A stretch of DNA of 53,623 nucleotides from a virus (Duplodnaviria > Caudoviricetes): positions 1 through 53,623 of IMG/VR virus record IMGVR_UViG_3300036784_000353; one strand, 5' to 3'. Made by a program: the position numbers and the translations under genes. This document shows positions 8,926-18,465 of the stretch, in pieces. Positions within the stretch are counted from its first letter, which is position 1. Every line of letters begins with the position of its first letter. The notes below the pieces were generated by a model. It saw nothing but the letters and a program-made list of their open reading frames with translations. It ran no database searches and was not told the origin of the DNA.

Positions 8926-11441
8926 TGGCCACCGCGACGCGCGGGCGCTTCCGCCGCCACGGGCCAGACGAGCGGCCACTCCGGGTCCTCACCGCCGCAG
9001 CAACAAGGGTCAACCTGGACGACCGCACCGAGGCGAAGCGGCTGCGGAAACTCCGCCAAGGCTGGCAGTCGCAGGCCTGGGACTTCCGCGACTCCATCGG
9101 CGAGCTGCGCTATGCGATCGAGTTCCTCGCGAACTGCACCCGGCGAATGAAGCTCTACCCCGCCGCCTACGCAACCACCGGCGAGGCCGACAACCCCGTG
9201 CCGTTGAGCGACGTGGCGGACATTCCCACGAACGTGCAGCGGCTCGCGACGGAAGCGATCGAGGATCTCGGCCACGGCCGCCTCGCGATCTCCAACCTTC
9301 TCCACAGCCTCTCAACCAACACGTCCACCGCCGGCGAGGCATGGCTGCTCGGGCGCACCGACGAAAAGACCGGCGAGGACGTCTGGACGATCCGGTCCGT
9401 CGACGAGATCGTGATCTCCGACGACCGCTACCAACTTCGCGAGGTGCCATCGGACTCGCAGGGCACGTTCCCGCTGATCGAGCTCGACCCGGAACTCACG
9501 GTCATCTCGAGGATCTGGACGCCACACCCGCGGTTCCGGATGCTGGCTGACTCGCCGCTACGGGCGATGCTCGACGACTGCGAAAGCCTGATGATCCTGC
9601 GGCGCATGATCCGGGCAACCGGCCGCTCCAGGCTGAACGCCGGCATCCTCAGGGTGCCCGACGAGATCTCGATCAAGGTCCCGGTCGACGACGACGCTGA
9701 CCCCGAGGCTGACCCGTTCATGGCCGCGCTGACAGAGGCAATGATGGAGCCGATCAGCGAAGAGGGCGCAGCCGGGGCAGTCGTCCCGATCGTTGTCCGT
9801 GGCCCCGGCGACAAGCTCGCCCAGCTCGACCACTTGAGCCTCGCGTCCACGTTCAGCGCCGAGGAAGCCAAGGTCCGCGACGAGCTGATCGGCATCATCG
9901 CCACCTCGTTCGACCTGCCGAAGGAGATCGTCCAGGGCATCGCCGACATGAACCACTGGTCGGCATGGCAGGTGGACGACAACACGTTCCGCCACCACGT
10001 CGAGCCGCACGTCATCGGCATCTGCGAGTCCCTCACCGGCGCCTACCTCCGTCCCTACCTCGAAAGCCGGGGCGTCAGCCCCCAGGTCGCGAGTCGTGTG
10101 CTCTTCTGGTACGACCCGACGGAGCTCGTCACCCACCCCGACCAGACGAAAGACGCACTCGACCTCCACGACCGGCTCGTCATCTCCGATGAGGCGCTGT
10201 TGAAGATCGCGGGCTTCGACGAGCAGGACCGCCCGGCGAAGTCCGAGATCCAGGTCCGCCTGCTCGAGAAGATGCGCCAGTGGCCGCCGAACCTCGTCAT
10301 GGCGTTCCTGCATCAGTGGGACCCGACGCTCATCGCCCCACCCATCGAGACCGCCGGGACGATTCCGGGGATCAAGCCGACGGGTGTGGACGTGGGGACG
10401 CCGCCGCCGAACCAGATCGCGCCCCCGGGCCGTCCGGCGCTCCCCAGCCAGCCAGCCGAGCCAGCGCCGGCGAAACCAGCGGCGGAGCAGCCCGAGCAAG
10501 GTCCGCCGCCGGTGCCGATCACCGCGTCGGGCTCACGGGAGTCTCACCGGCTGTCGCAGAAGCTCGCGTCGATCGACCGGGACCTCCGCACGCGGCTGCA
10601 GACGGCGGCGAACGCCGCGATGCTGCGGCATCTCGAGCGGGTCGGCGCGAAGCTCCGCACGAAAGTCAACAACTCCCGCGACGAGACCGGCAAGCAGAAG
10701 ATCGCTCACCGCCGCAACGAGCGCGTCTCAGCCGTGTTGGGCCGCGAGGCAGTCGAGGCCCTCACCGCCGCAACCGGAGTCAGCACGGAAGACCTGACCG
10801 GCAACGAATGGTCGGACCTGCGCTCCCAGTTCTACGAGTGGACCGAGGCCGCCCAGAAGGCCGCTGTCGCAACCGCGATCCGCCTCGGCGGGCTCGCCAG
10901 TGAAGACGACGCGGTGCTCGCCGCCGAGTCCTCCATGGCCGCCGGTAGGGATACGGCGTGGGGTGTGCTATCGAACGCCTTGACGAACATCGGCCGGGAC
11001 CTGCTGTACAACCCCGACCCGAACGTCGGGCCCGGCGACTGGGGCGACCTGAACCCCGACACGCTCGTTCCCACCGGGACGATTCGGGCGGCGCTCGGCA
11101 TCGCCGGCGGCGGCGACCTCGGACTCGACCCCGCCGGGAAGGCGACCGTTGCGCTTGGTGAACCGATCGGCCAGATCGGGACCGGTGCGACGATCGAAAC
11201 GCTGCTGACGGAAGCCGGGGCGACAACCACCGGCTTCCAATGGGTCCACGGGCCGGCACTCAAGGCGTTCGAGCCGCACGAGCTGCTCGACGGCGTGGAG
11301 TTCCAAGGCTTCGACGATGAAGCGCTCGCCAACACGACCGGCTGGCCAGACAACGCGTACTTCATGCCGGGCGACCACACGGGATGCTCATGCGACTTCC
11401 TCGCGCTCTGGGTGTCGCCGGAAGCGCCAGAAGGGGGCTAG
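8925..11441 (+). CDS. Portal protein fused to a C-terminal MuF-like head morphogenesis domain
   Basis: WQSQAW..IGELRY, RIWTPHP..ADSP, SRLNAGIL, NHWSAWQ portal motifs of cluster-B-like actinophages; Pro-rich linker; C-terminal PGDHTGCSC. Confidence 0.87.
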   Translation: MATATRGRFRRHGPDERPLRVLTAAATRVNLDDRTEAKRLRKLRQGWQSQAWDFRDSIGELRYAIEFLANCTRRMKLYPAAYATTGEADNPVPLSDVADIPTNVQRLATEAIEDLGHGRLAISNLLHSLSTNTSTAGEAWLLGRTDEKTGEDVWTIRSVDEIVISDDRYQLREVPSDSQGTFPLIELDPELTVISRIWTPHPRFRMLADSPLRAMLDDCESLMILRRMIRATGRSRLNAGILRVPDEISIKVPVDDDADPEADPFMAALTEAMMEPISEEGAAGAVVPIVVRGPGDKLAQLDHLSLASTFSAEEAKVRDELIGIIATSFDLPKEIVQGIADMNHWSAWQVDDNTFRHHVEPHVIGICESLTGAYLRPYLESRGVSPQVASRVLFWYDPTELVTHPDQTKDALDLHDRLVISDEALLKIAGFDEQDRPAKSEIQVRLLEKMRQWPPNLVMAFLHQWDPTLIAPPIETAGTIPGIKPTGVDVGTPPPNQIAPPGRPALPSQPAEPAPAKPAAEQPEQGPPPVPITASGSRESHRLSQKLASIDRDLRTRLQTAANAAMLRHLERVGAKLRTKVNNSRDETGKQKIAHRRNERVSAVLGREAVEALTAATGVSTEDLTGNEWSDLRSQFYEWTEAAQKAAVATAIRLGGLASEDDAVLAAESSMAAGRDTAWGVLSNALTNIGRDLLYNPDPNVGPGDWGDLNPDTLVPTGTIRAALGIAGGGDLGLDPAGKATVALGEPIGQIGTGATIETLLTEAGATTTGFQWVHGPALKAFEPHELLDGVEFQGFDDEALANTTGWPDNAYFMPGDHTGCSCDFLALWVSPEAPEGG

Positions 11442-12026
11442 GTGTTCACAGACCAGCAGCTAGCCGCCCGTGTGAAGCGTGGCGAGGACTGGGCATTCGA
11501 GGAACTCGCCGCGAGGCACGCCGACATCATCGACCACCGGTGCGCGCTGCGCTACCACGCCAGCGAGGAGGCCGACGACTTCCGCCAGGCCGCCCTCGTC
11601 GGGCTGTTCAAGGCCGCCCGCACATTCGCGCCCGTGCATGGCTGCCCATTCCCGGCCTGGGCGCGCATCTGCGTGCAGTCCGAGCTCGACACGTTCTTGG
11701 TGACAGCGAGCCGCGAGAAGCACAACGTCCTCAGCGACGCCGACCGCTTCGAGCGCAGGACAGAGGACGGCGGCGCGGTAGGCGATGGTGTTGCGGCTCC
11801 GGCGAACGCCGAGCCGTGCGCTCGCGTCATCGCCCGGGAGGAGCTACAGCGTGCGGTCGAGGTGATCGTGGGCTGCACCACGACCGAGCGGACCGTTGTC
11901 CGCCGGCGCCTGAACGGGCTGACACCGCTCGAGGCCGGCGACGGGCTGGGCAGGGGCAAGGACCCGGCGAAGACGGCGGACAACGCGTTCCAACGAATCC
12001 GGCGGAAGCTGGCGGCAGCGGCATGA
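11442..12026 (+). CDS. Sigma-70 family RNA polymerase sigma factor, SigH/Spo0H-like
   Basis: Region 2 DDFRQAALVGLFKAARTF..FPAWARICV, ASREKH and C-terminal KTADNAFQRIRRKL match the SigH signature (KSIDNALQRVKRKL). Confidence 0.88.
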   Translation: MFTDQQLAARVKRGEDWAFEELAARHADIIDHRCALRYHASEEADDFRQAALVGLFKAARTFAPVHGCPFPAWARICVQSELDTFLVTASREKHNVLSDADRFERRTEDGGAVGDGVAAPANAEPCARVIAREELQRAVEVIVGCTTTERTVVRRRLNGLTPLEAGDGLGRGKDPAKTADNAFQRIRRKLAAAA

Positions 12027-12051
12027 CAACGACAAGGCTGGAGGATCACCG

Positions 12052-14076
12052 ATGAAACGCAAGCTGTCCGACGGCCGGTCCCGCGCCGACATCATCAGCG
12101 ACTTTCAGGCGCTCAGCGCGGCGTCGCCGCCCGTGGAAGCGCCGAAGGAACCCGCGAAGGAGCCCCAACCGAAGGCCCCGGAGGACATCGACACTGAGGT
12201 CGCCAAGGCGATCGACAACGCGATCGCGCTGCAGGAAAAGGACCCCGACCCGGACGGGAACGACGAAGCGGTCCTGAAGGCGTTGAAGGACGCGAGGGCC
12301 GCACAGGAAGCCGACGCCGCGAGCGAGCCGAAGCCAGACGCAAAGGCAGCAGCCACCCCCGTCCAGCCGCCCGCCAACCCCGTCGACGACAAGGGCAACG
12401 TGGACTCGCAGGCGAAGTGCGCGAACGCCGACTGCGGGCACCTCGCCTCATCGCACCTCAACGAAGACGCGGGCAAGAACACGGGTGCCTGCCAGATGGC
12501 GGACTGCGCCTGCTTGGCGATGCAGGTCGAACCGGAACCGAACACCGACAAGGGCGACAAGGGCGAAGGGCAGACCGAAGCCCCGCCCGCCGAGGACAAG
12601 GGCGCTCATGCGGCGCTGGCCCCTGCGGTTGTCGATGCTCCGATACCGACAGCCACCGAGACGTCTGACTTGAACGCTCCGCCTGAGGTTGAAGGTGGCG
12701 AGTCGATGGGCCCGGCGTTCACAATCCCGGTCGCGATCATCGAGGGGCAGCCCACCGGTGACGGCCGCCAGATCTCCCAGGGCGCCCTCACTTGGCGCAC
12801 CCCGCCGGTGCCGCTGATGGGGCTGAAGACCGAAACGCACGACCCCGAGGGCTTCGACATGAACGACCCGGCGGTCCTCTGCGGGCGCATCGACGGGTTC
12901 TCCCGCGCCGACGGCGAGGGGTCCACACAGGTCATCTCCGCCCACGGGTTCTACCTCCCCAACGACGACGGCATGGAGTTCGCCGAGCTCAACGAGGCAA
13001 TGGGCCGGCTCGGCGTCTCCGCCGACGTGGCGGTGCAGGCCTCGGAGGTCACGATCGAGGCGATCGACGACATGGGCTTCCCGACCGACATGGCGGAGAT
13101 CCTCACCGAGGGCACGATCATGGGCGTCACCGTCTGCCCGTTCCCGGCGTTCGAGGGTGCCTACATCGTGCTCGGCGACGGCTCTGAGAAGCCCGCGGCC
13201 CAGGCGATCCCGCAGGCCGTCGAACAGCCCGAGGCAGTCACCGCCGGCGGACAGCTCATCCACTGGATGACCTACCAGGAGTGCGAGCCGTGCGACCAGG
13301 GGCTCGAGGTCATCACGGCGGCCGGGGCTGGCCCGTCACGTCCCCCGATGGCGTGGTTCTCAGACCCCGGGTTCGCGGAGGGCGACGGGCGGCTCGAGGA
13401 GATCCTGACGAAGGACGGCCGGCGTGAAGGCAAGTTCGCGTGCCCGATCACCGTCACCGACGACGGCCGGGTCTTTGGGCACATCGCCCCGTGGAACGTG
13501 TGCCACACCGCCCACACCGGCAAGTGCATCCTCGCCCCGCACTCCTCGGTGGACTACGCCCACTTCAAGCGCGGCCAGCACGTCGTCACAGCAGAGGGCG
13601 AGAAGGTAAGGGTCGGCGTGCTGACCTGTGACGCCGGGCATGCTTCGACTCGGCCGGGCTTCTCGATGGGCGAAGCGATGGCCCACTACGACAACACGGC
13701 TCTCGCGGTCGCGGACGTGAATATCGGCGAGGACGACTACGGCATCTGGATCGCCGGCGCGATCCGCTCCGATGCCAGCGAGGAGCAGATCCGCAAGCTC
13801 CGCGCGTCCAGCATCTCCGGCGACTGGCGTGCCGCAGGAGGCCAGCTCGAGCTTGTCGCTGCGCTCGCGGTGAACCAGCCAGGCTTCCCGCTCGCCGTGG
13901 TCGCGGGCGGCCAGATCGAGACGCTGGTTGCCGCCGGGCAGACCGTGATGCATCAGCTCCAGCAGCACGAGGAGCCAGCTCCGCCCGAGGGCGACGTGAC
14001 GCTCCGCGCGGCGCTCGCCCCGCTGCTGAACGACGCGAAGGATCGCGCCAAAGGGCGTGTCGCCGCGCTGCGGTGA
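12052..14076 (+). CDS. Capsid maturation protein/protease (cluster-B-like)
   Basis: IEGQPTGDGR, PFPAFEGA, DDGRVFGHIAPW..CH, HYDNT, SISGDWR..LELVAALAVN.PGFP; sits between portal and capsid. Confidence 0.78.
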   Translation: MKRKLSDGRSRADIISDFQALSAASPPVEAPKEPAKEPQPKAPEDIDTEVAKAIDNAIALQEKDPDPDGNDEAVLKALKDARAAQEADAASEPKPDAKAAATPVQPPANPVDDKGNVDSQAKCANADCGHLASSHLNEDAGKNTGACQMADCACLAMQVEPEPNTDKGDKGEGQTEAPPAEDKGAHAALAPAVVDAPIPTATETSDLNAPPEVEGGESMGPAFTIPVAIIEGQPTGDGRQISQGALTWRTPPVPLMGLKTETHDPEGFDMNDPAVLCGRIDGFSRADGEGSTQVISAHGFYLPNDDGMEFAELNEAMGRLGVSADVAVQASEVTIEAIDDMGFPTDMAEILTEGTIMGVTVCPFPAFEGAYIVLGDGSEKPAAQAIPQAVEQPEAVTAGGQLIHWMTYQECEPCDQGLEVITAAGAGPSRPPMAWFSDPGFAEGDGRLEEILTKDGRREGKFACPITVTDDGRVFGHIAPWNVCHTAHTGKCILAPHSSVDYAHFKRGQHVVTAEGEKVRVGVLTCDAGHASTRPGFSMGEAMAHYDNTALAVADVNIGEDDYGIWIAGAIRSDASEEQIRKLRASSISGDWRAAGGQLELVAALAVNQPGFPLAVVAGGQIETLVAAGQTVMHQLQQHEEPAPPEGDVTLRAALAPLLNDAKDRAKGRVAALR

Positions 14077-14106
14077 ATGAATCTCACCATCCAGCCCGTA
14101 TAAGGA

Positions 14107-14175
14107 GTCATACCCGGTCGCCATAGGTCGCCCGGTCTGAACGCGAAGGCCATAGGTCCGCCGCGCTCGCCATAA
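14107..14175 (+). promoter_or_regulatory. Repeated GCCATAG-type motifs in the major capsid leader
   Basis: GCCATAGGTC at 14120 and 14149, GCCATAA at 14169, GTCATAC at 14107. Confidence 0.5.
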
Positions 14176-14203
14176 CGAAACCGCGAGTGAAGGAGCCGGA
14201 CCC

Positions 14204-15910
14204 ATGGAGACCATCCGCGAGCTGCTTGGCCGGCTCAACCAACTGACTGCCGAGGAGCTCACGGAGCTTCGCGCGGCCGTCGTCGCCGAGTTCGACCGTA
14301 TCGACGGCGAGCCGACAACCCCCGAGAACGTCGCGATCCTGAACGAGCTGGCTGACGCCGGCGACCAGGTGATCGCAGAGTCGACCGACCGCGAGGCGAA
14401 ACAGGCCCAGGCCGAGTCCGACAAGGAAGCTGCCAAGTCCCGCATCGCCGCGCTGAAGGGCGAGGCCCCCGAGGAGACCGAGGAGGAGAAAGAGACTCCC
14501 GCCGAGGGCGAGCCCGAGGCCGAGCCGGAGGAGACCCCGGAGGCCGAGGTTCCCGTCGAGGAGCCCGAGCCCGTCGCGGCCTCAGGCTCTGTCGCCCGGA
14601 TGGCGGCTGCCGCCGGCAAGCCCGCCCCGAGCCCCGAGGCGGACGCCCCCAAAGCTCGCCGCGTGTCGCTGACGGCCACCGGTGCCCTTCGTGGCCTGCG
14701 TGACCCGTCCAGCCCGATCGAGGACCGCAAAGAGTTCGCCACGGCACTCGCCGAGACGCTCCAGCGCCTTCCCCGCCACGGCTCACCCAGGGGCGATGTC
14801 CTGATCGCCTCCGCCCGCTGGGACTACCCGGAGGAGCGCCAGCTCGGCGGAGACGCAGAGGTCAACACGGAGCGCATGGAGGCCGTCACGGGCATGTCCG
14901 CCCTGACGGCATCCGGTGGTATCTGCGCCCCGGTGAACATCGACTTCTCGGTCCCGACGTGGGCGACCGCCGACCGCCCCCTGCGGGACGGCCTGCCGTC
15001 CTTCCAGGCGACACGAGGCGGCATCCGCTTCGTCCAGCCGCCCGACATCACCGGCCTCGCCGGCGCGACGGGCATCTGGACCGCTGCGACCGACGCCTCG
15101 CCCGGAGCCGCCACCAAGCCCGTCCTGACGGTCGCGTGCGGCTCGACAGAAGAAGTGCTCGTCGAAGCGATCCCGACCCGGCTGCAGTTCGGCAACATGC
15201 AGGGCCGGTTCGCCCCCGAGCAGGTCGCAGCCAACACGGACCTCGCGATGGCAGCGGCGGCAAGGATCGCCGAGAACAACCTGCTGGAAAAAATCGCCGC
15301 CAAGTGTGTCAAAGGCGTCGCGAACGCCGAACTCGTACTCGGTGCGACCCGGGACCTGCTGACGATGGTCGACCAGGTACGCGCACAGCAGCTCCAGCTG
15401 CACCGCCTGCCTGACAGCCAGGTCATCACGGCGATCTTCCCGCGCTGGGTGAAGGATCTGATCCGCATCGACCTGCTTCGCGAGGTCGGCCACGACAACA
15501 GCGGCGACTGGAACGTGCTGCGGATCACCGACGCCCAGGTGGAGGAACTCCTCCGGGCACACGGCATCAACGCGGTGTTCCACCTCGACGGCCAGCCCGG
15601 CTCGGTGGAAGGCGGCGTGTCGCAGGTCTTCGCCGAACCGGCGAAAGGCACGATCAAGGCTTTCCCGACGAAGCTCGTCTGGTACGCCTTCCCGGAGGGA
15701 ACGATGCAGTTCCTCGACGCCGGCCGGCTCGACCTCGGAGTCGTCCGCGACGCCACGCTGGACGCCACGAACGACTACGAGACCTTCATCGAGCCTTTCG
15801 AGGGTCTCGCCTACCGGGGCTACGCCAACGGTGCCCTGCAGCTCGTCTCCTCGCTGTGCGCCAACGGCGCGAGCGCGGGAACGGTCTCCACGGCCAACAA
15901 GTGCGCGTAG
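14204..15910 (+). CDS. Major capsid protein with N-terminal scaffold-like acidic coiled coil
   Basis: ALTASGGICAP, LPSFQATRGGIRF, GRLDLGVVRDATL..TNDY..F.E.FEG motifs of cluster-B-like capsids. Confidence 0.9.
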   Translation: METIRELLGRLNQLTAEELTELRAAVVAEFDRIDGEPTTPENVAILNELADAGDQVIAESTDREAKQAQAESDKEAAKSRIAALKGEAPEETEEEKETPAEGEPEAEPEETPEAEVPVEEPEPVAASGSVARMAAAAGKPAPSPEADAPKARRVSLTATGALRGLRDPSSPIEDRKEFATALAETLQRLPRHGSPRGDVLIASARWDYPEERQLGGDAEVNTERMEAVTGMSALTASGGICAPVNIDFSVPTWATADRPLRDGLPSFQATRGGIRFVQPPDITGLAGATGIWTAATDASPGAATKPVLTVACGSTEEVLVEAIPTRLQFGNMQGRFAPEQVAANTDLAMAAAARIAENNLLEKIAAKCVKGVANAELVLGATRDLLTMVDQVRAQQLQLHRLPDSQVITAIFPRWVKDLIRIDLLREVGHDNSGDWNVLRITDAQVEELLRAHGINAVFHLDGQPGSVEGGVSQVFAEPAKGTIKAFPTKLVWYAFPEGTMQFLDAGRLDLGVVRDATLDATNDYETFIEPFEGLAYRGYANGALQLVSSLCANGASAGTVSTANKCA

Positions 15911-15942
15911 GTCACTGAGCGGACGGGGAGGGAGAGCGGACG

Positions 15943-17214
15943 ATGCCAGCCCAAGGCGGTGTTGCACCCGCGATCCCTCCCCAGCCGCCGCAGCTCTCGC
16001 TGCTCAACTCGGCGGTCAAACCGCCCGACACGATCGACGCGGACGGGCTGAACAGCGAGGACCGGTCGAACCTCCCGCAGGAGCTTCGCGACGAGCTCGA
16101 GGCGCGACAGGGCGACGCATGGACGCGCGGCTTCACCTACGCACCCGAGAGCCATGAAGCGATCGCGGTCCACGACCCCTGCGACGGAACCGCCATCGAC
16201 CTCCCGGCTCTCCCGGCCCCGCTGAACCTCGCAGCGGTCGCGAGCGCCGGCGGCGGAACGGTCAAAGCCGAAGCGCTCGAATACCAGGTGACGGCCAAGA
16301 ACGCCAACGGCGAGACCACGGCCCTTACGGCTGTGAAAGTCACGCCCGGCGCCGAAGGCACCGTGAAGCTCACTTGGTCGAAGGTCTCAGAGACCGCCCA
16401 GTACAACATCTACGGCCGGGCGGCGGGCGTGCTGAAACTCATCACGACGGTCGGCCCGTTTGACGACAACCAGGAAGCCGCGTTCGTCGACGACGGATCC
16501 AAAGCCCCCAAATCGGCCTCCCCGCCGGTGGCGAACACCACGGGCGGCCCCGGGCCCTATGGCAACCCGCCAATCGTCGCCGTGGTGCCCTACCTGCTCG
16601 TTGCCGAGGACTCCTGCTCGAGCTTCGGTTTCGAGGAGCGCGACTTCAAGGGCCGCGCGACCAGGCTGATCGAAAACGCCAAGCACGCCGCCATCGAGAA
16701 GGAGTTCTGGGGCGGCGCGCTCGCACAGGCCAAGGGCTACCCAAACGACTATCTCACCCGAGAAGCGAACCTCACCAACCTCACCCCGGGAACGGTCCCG
16801 TCGATCGCCCGCGGCTTCGAGATCCTGCAGGAGGCGCTCGCCTCTTGTGGCTTCGGCGGACAGGGCATGATCCACACGCAGACCCAGGCGGTCCCGAACC
16901 TGCTGAACGTCCGGCGTGTCGGGAACCTCATGCTCGACATGTTCGACAACATCGTTGTCCCCGGGGTGGGCTACCCGGGCACCGGCCCCGGCGGCTCAAC
17001 CCCGAGCTCCGGCAAGGCGTTCATGTACGCCACCGACCTCGTGATGGTCCGCGAGGAGTCAGAGCCCACGATCATCGCTGACACGTTCGCCGAGTCCTTT
17101 GACTGGGGACAGGCCGGATCGCCGAACACGATTCGTTTTCGCGCGGAGAAGTTCGTAGCAGCCTACGCCGACATGGTTTGCAAGTTCGTCTGTGAAGTGA
17201 AAACGGCCGAATGA
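15943..17214 (+). CDS. Second capsid-type protein (probable pentamer/vertex protein) with inserted FN3-like domain
   Basis: Follows the major capsid; WTRGFTY, CSSFG..RA....E..AIEKEFWGG, GMIH, VPGVGY, MYAT motifs. Confidence 0.65.
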   Translation: MPAQGGVAPAIPPQPPQLSLLNSAVKPPDTIDADGLNSEDRSNLPQELRDELEARQGDAWTRGFTYAPESHEAIAVHDPCDGTAIDLPALPAPLNLAAVASAGGGTVKAEALEYQVTAKNANGETTALTAVKVTPGAEGTVKLTWSKVSETAQYNIYGRAAGVLKLITTVGPFDDNQEAAFVDDGSKAPKSASPPVANTTGGPGPYGNPPIVAVVPYLLVAEDSCSSFGFEERDFKGRATRLIENAKHAAIEKEFWGGALAQAKGYPNDYLTREANLTNLTPGTVPSIARGFEILQEALASCGFGGQGMIHTQTQAVPNLLNVRRVGNLMLDMFDNIVVPGVGYPGTGPGGSTPSSGKAFMYATDLVMVREESEPTIIADTFAESFDWGQAGSPNTIRFRAEKFVAAYADMVCKFVCEVKTAE

Positions 17215-17240
17215 CCCCCACGACCCACAAGGAGTAGTCG

Positions 17241-18464
17241 ATGCCCCTCCCCGACGGAGCAGCCTCAGTATGGGCCGTGGCCACTAGGATCACGGCGCTT
17301 GACTCAAACGGTTTCGTGGACCCCGGCGCGGCGTCCTACACCACCGAACAGGCGATGAAAGTCACGATGACACCGGTGATGGAGACCGGCGATGACATCG
17401 CCATCAAGAACGCCGCCGGCAACCTCGCCGTGTACGCAAAGCACCCCGACATCGTGAAGTACGGCACCGTCTCGCTCGACATGGGTATCCCCGAGCCCGC
17501 GATCGAGCAGCTCTGCACCGGTGGCGTGCTGCTGTCCTCCTCGGCCTCCGCCCTCGGCGAACCGACGTCCCCCACGGTCGTCGGCCAGATCACGCAGGGC
17601 ACGCTCGCCGCAGCGACGTACGGCTACCGCTTCACGAACGTCAACGCGTTCGGCGAGTCCAAAGCGACCAACGAGACGACGGGCTCCGTCGCCTCCGGCT
17701 CCGCCGGCATGGTCGTCGCCACCGCCGTTCCCGCCACCGGCGCCTACGGCGTGCGCGTCTACGGCCGGGCGCTCGGGCTCGAGCAGCTTCTCGGCTTCAT
17801 CCCGAACGTCGGCAAACAGAAAGCGAAAGAACTCGCGGCGAAAGCTGTCAAAGCGAACACGCCGACGCTCATCAAAGTGGTCGCCCTCACGAAGTCGATT
17901 CCGACCGGCACCACGTTCCAGATCGCGGGGGACACGAACTCGCCGAAGATCACGTTCAAGACCACCGGGTTCGGCGCGGAAGGCGCAACCGAAATCCAGG
18001 TCGAATCCCCGGTGGAACAGGTCACGCTTATCTCCGAAGGCGAAATCGTTCCCGTGTTCGTAGACACCGGGGCGACCACGCCGTCGGGCAACATTCCCTC
18101 GGCGGACACAACGGCTGGCCCGGGCACCTCGGGCTACCAGGACCCGGCGCTGGGGACGGTCGCGAACTCCAACGGCGTGTCGATCGAGATCTTCACCGAA
18201 GCGATCGTCGGAGGCACCCGGGCGAGCTCGAACCCCTATTGGTGGATCGTGCTACCGAAGGTCACGGGGATGCACGCGATGCCGAAAGAAGCGACGAACG
18301 CGAACATGGCGACGGTCATGGAGGGCCAGGCGTTCCAGAACCCGAACTGGGGCACCGGCCCGCAGGAAACGTGGCCGTACGACTCGACGAAGTGGCGCCA
18401 GCGTACGCGCTGCGGCGCTTCGGTCGTGCCGAAAGCCAGCCTGACGAACGTCCCCGCCGTCTAG
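17241..18464 (+). CDS. Major tail (tube) protein with inserted FN3-like domain
   Basis: RITALD..G, GDDIAIKNAAG, GVSIEIFTEA, YWWIVLP, NPNWGTGP motifs; AAGGAG RBS. Confidence 0.8.
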   Translation: MPLPDGAASVWAVATRITALDSNGFVDPGAASYTTEQAMKVTMTPVMETGDDIAIKNAAGNLAVYAKHPDIVKYGTVSLDMGIPEPAIEQLCTGGVLLSSSASALGEPTSPTVVGQITQGTLAAATYGYRFTNVNAFGESKATNETTGSVASGSAGMVVATAVPATGAYGVRVYGRALGLEQLLGFIPNVGKQKAKELAAKAVKANTPTLIKVVALTKSIPTGTTFQIAGDTNSPKITFKTTGFGAEGATEIQVESPVEQVTLISEGEIVPVFVDTGATTPSGNIPSADTTAGPGTSGYQDPALGTVANSNGVSIEIFTEAIVGGTRASSNPYWWIVLPKVTGMHAMPKEATNANMATVMEGQAFQNPNWGTGPQETWPYDSTKWRQRTRCGASVVPKASLTNVPAV

Positions 18465-18465
18465 G

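Noticed and set aside
5190-15910. Inteins or introns in terminase, portal or capsid
   Set aside because: No intein C1/HN-C motifs or LAGLIDADG inserts seen; extra length is explained by linkers and fused domains.
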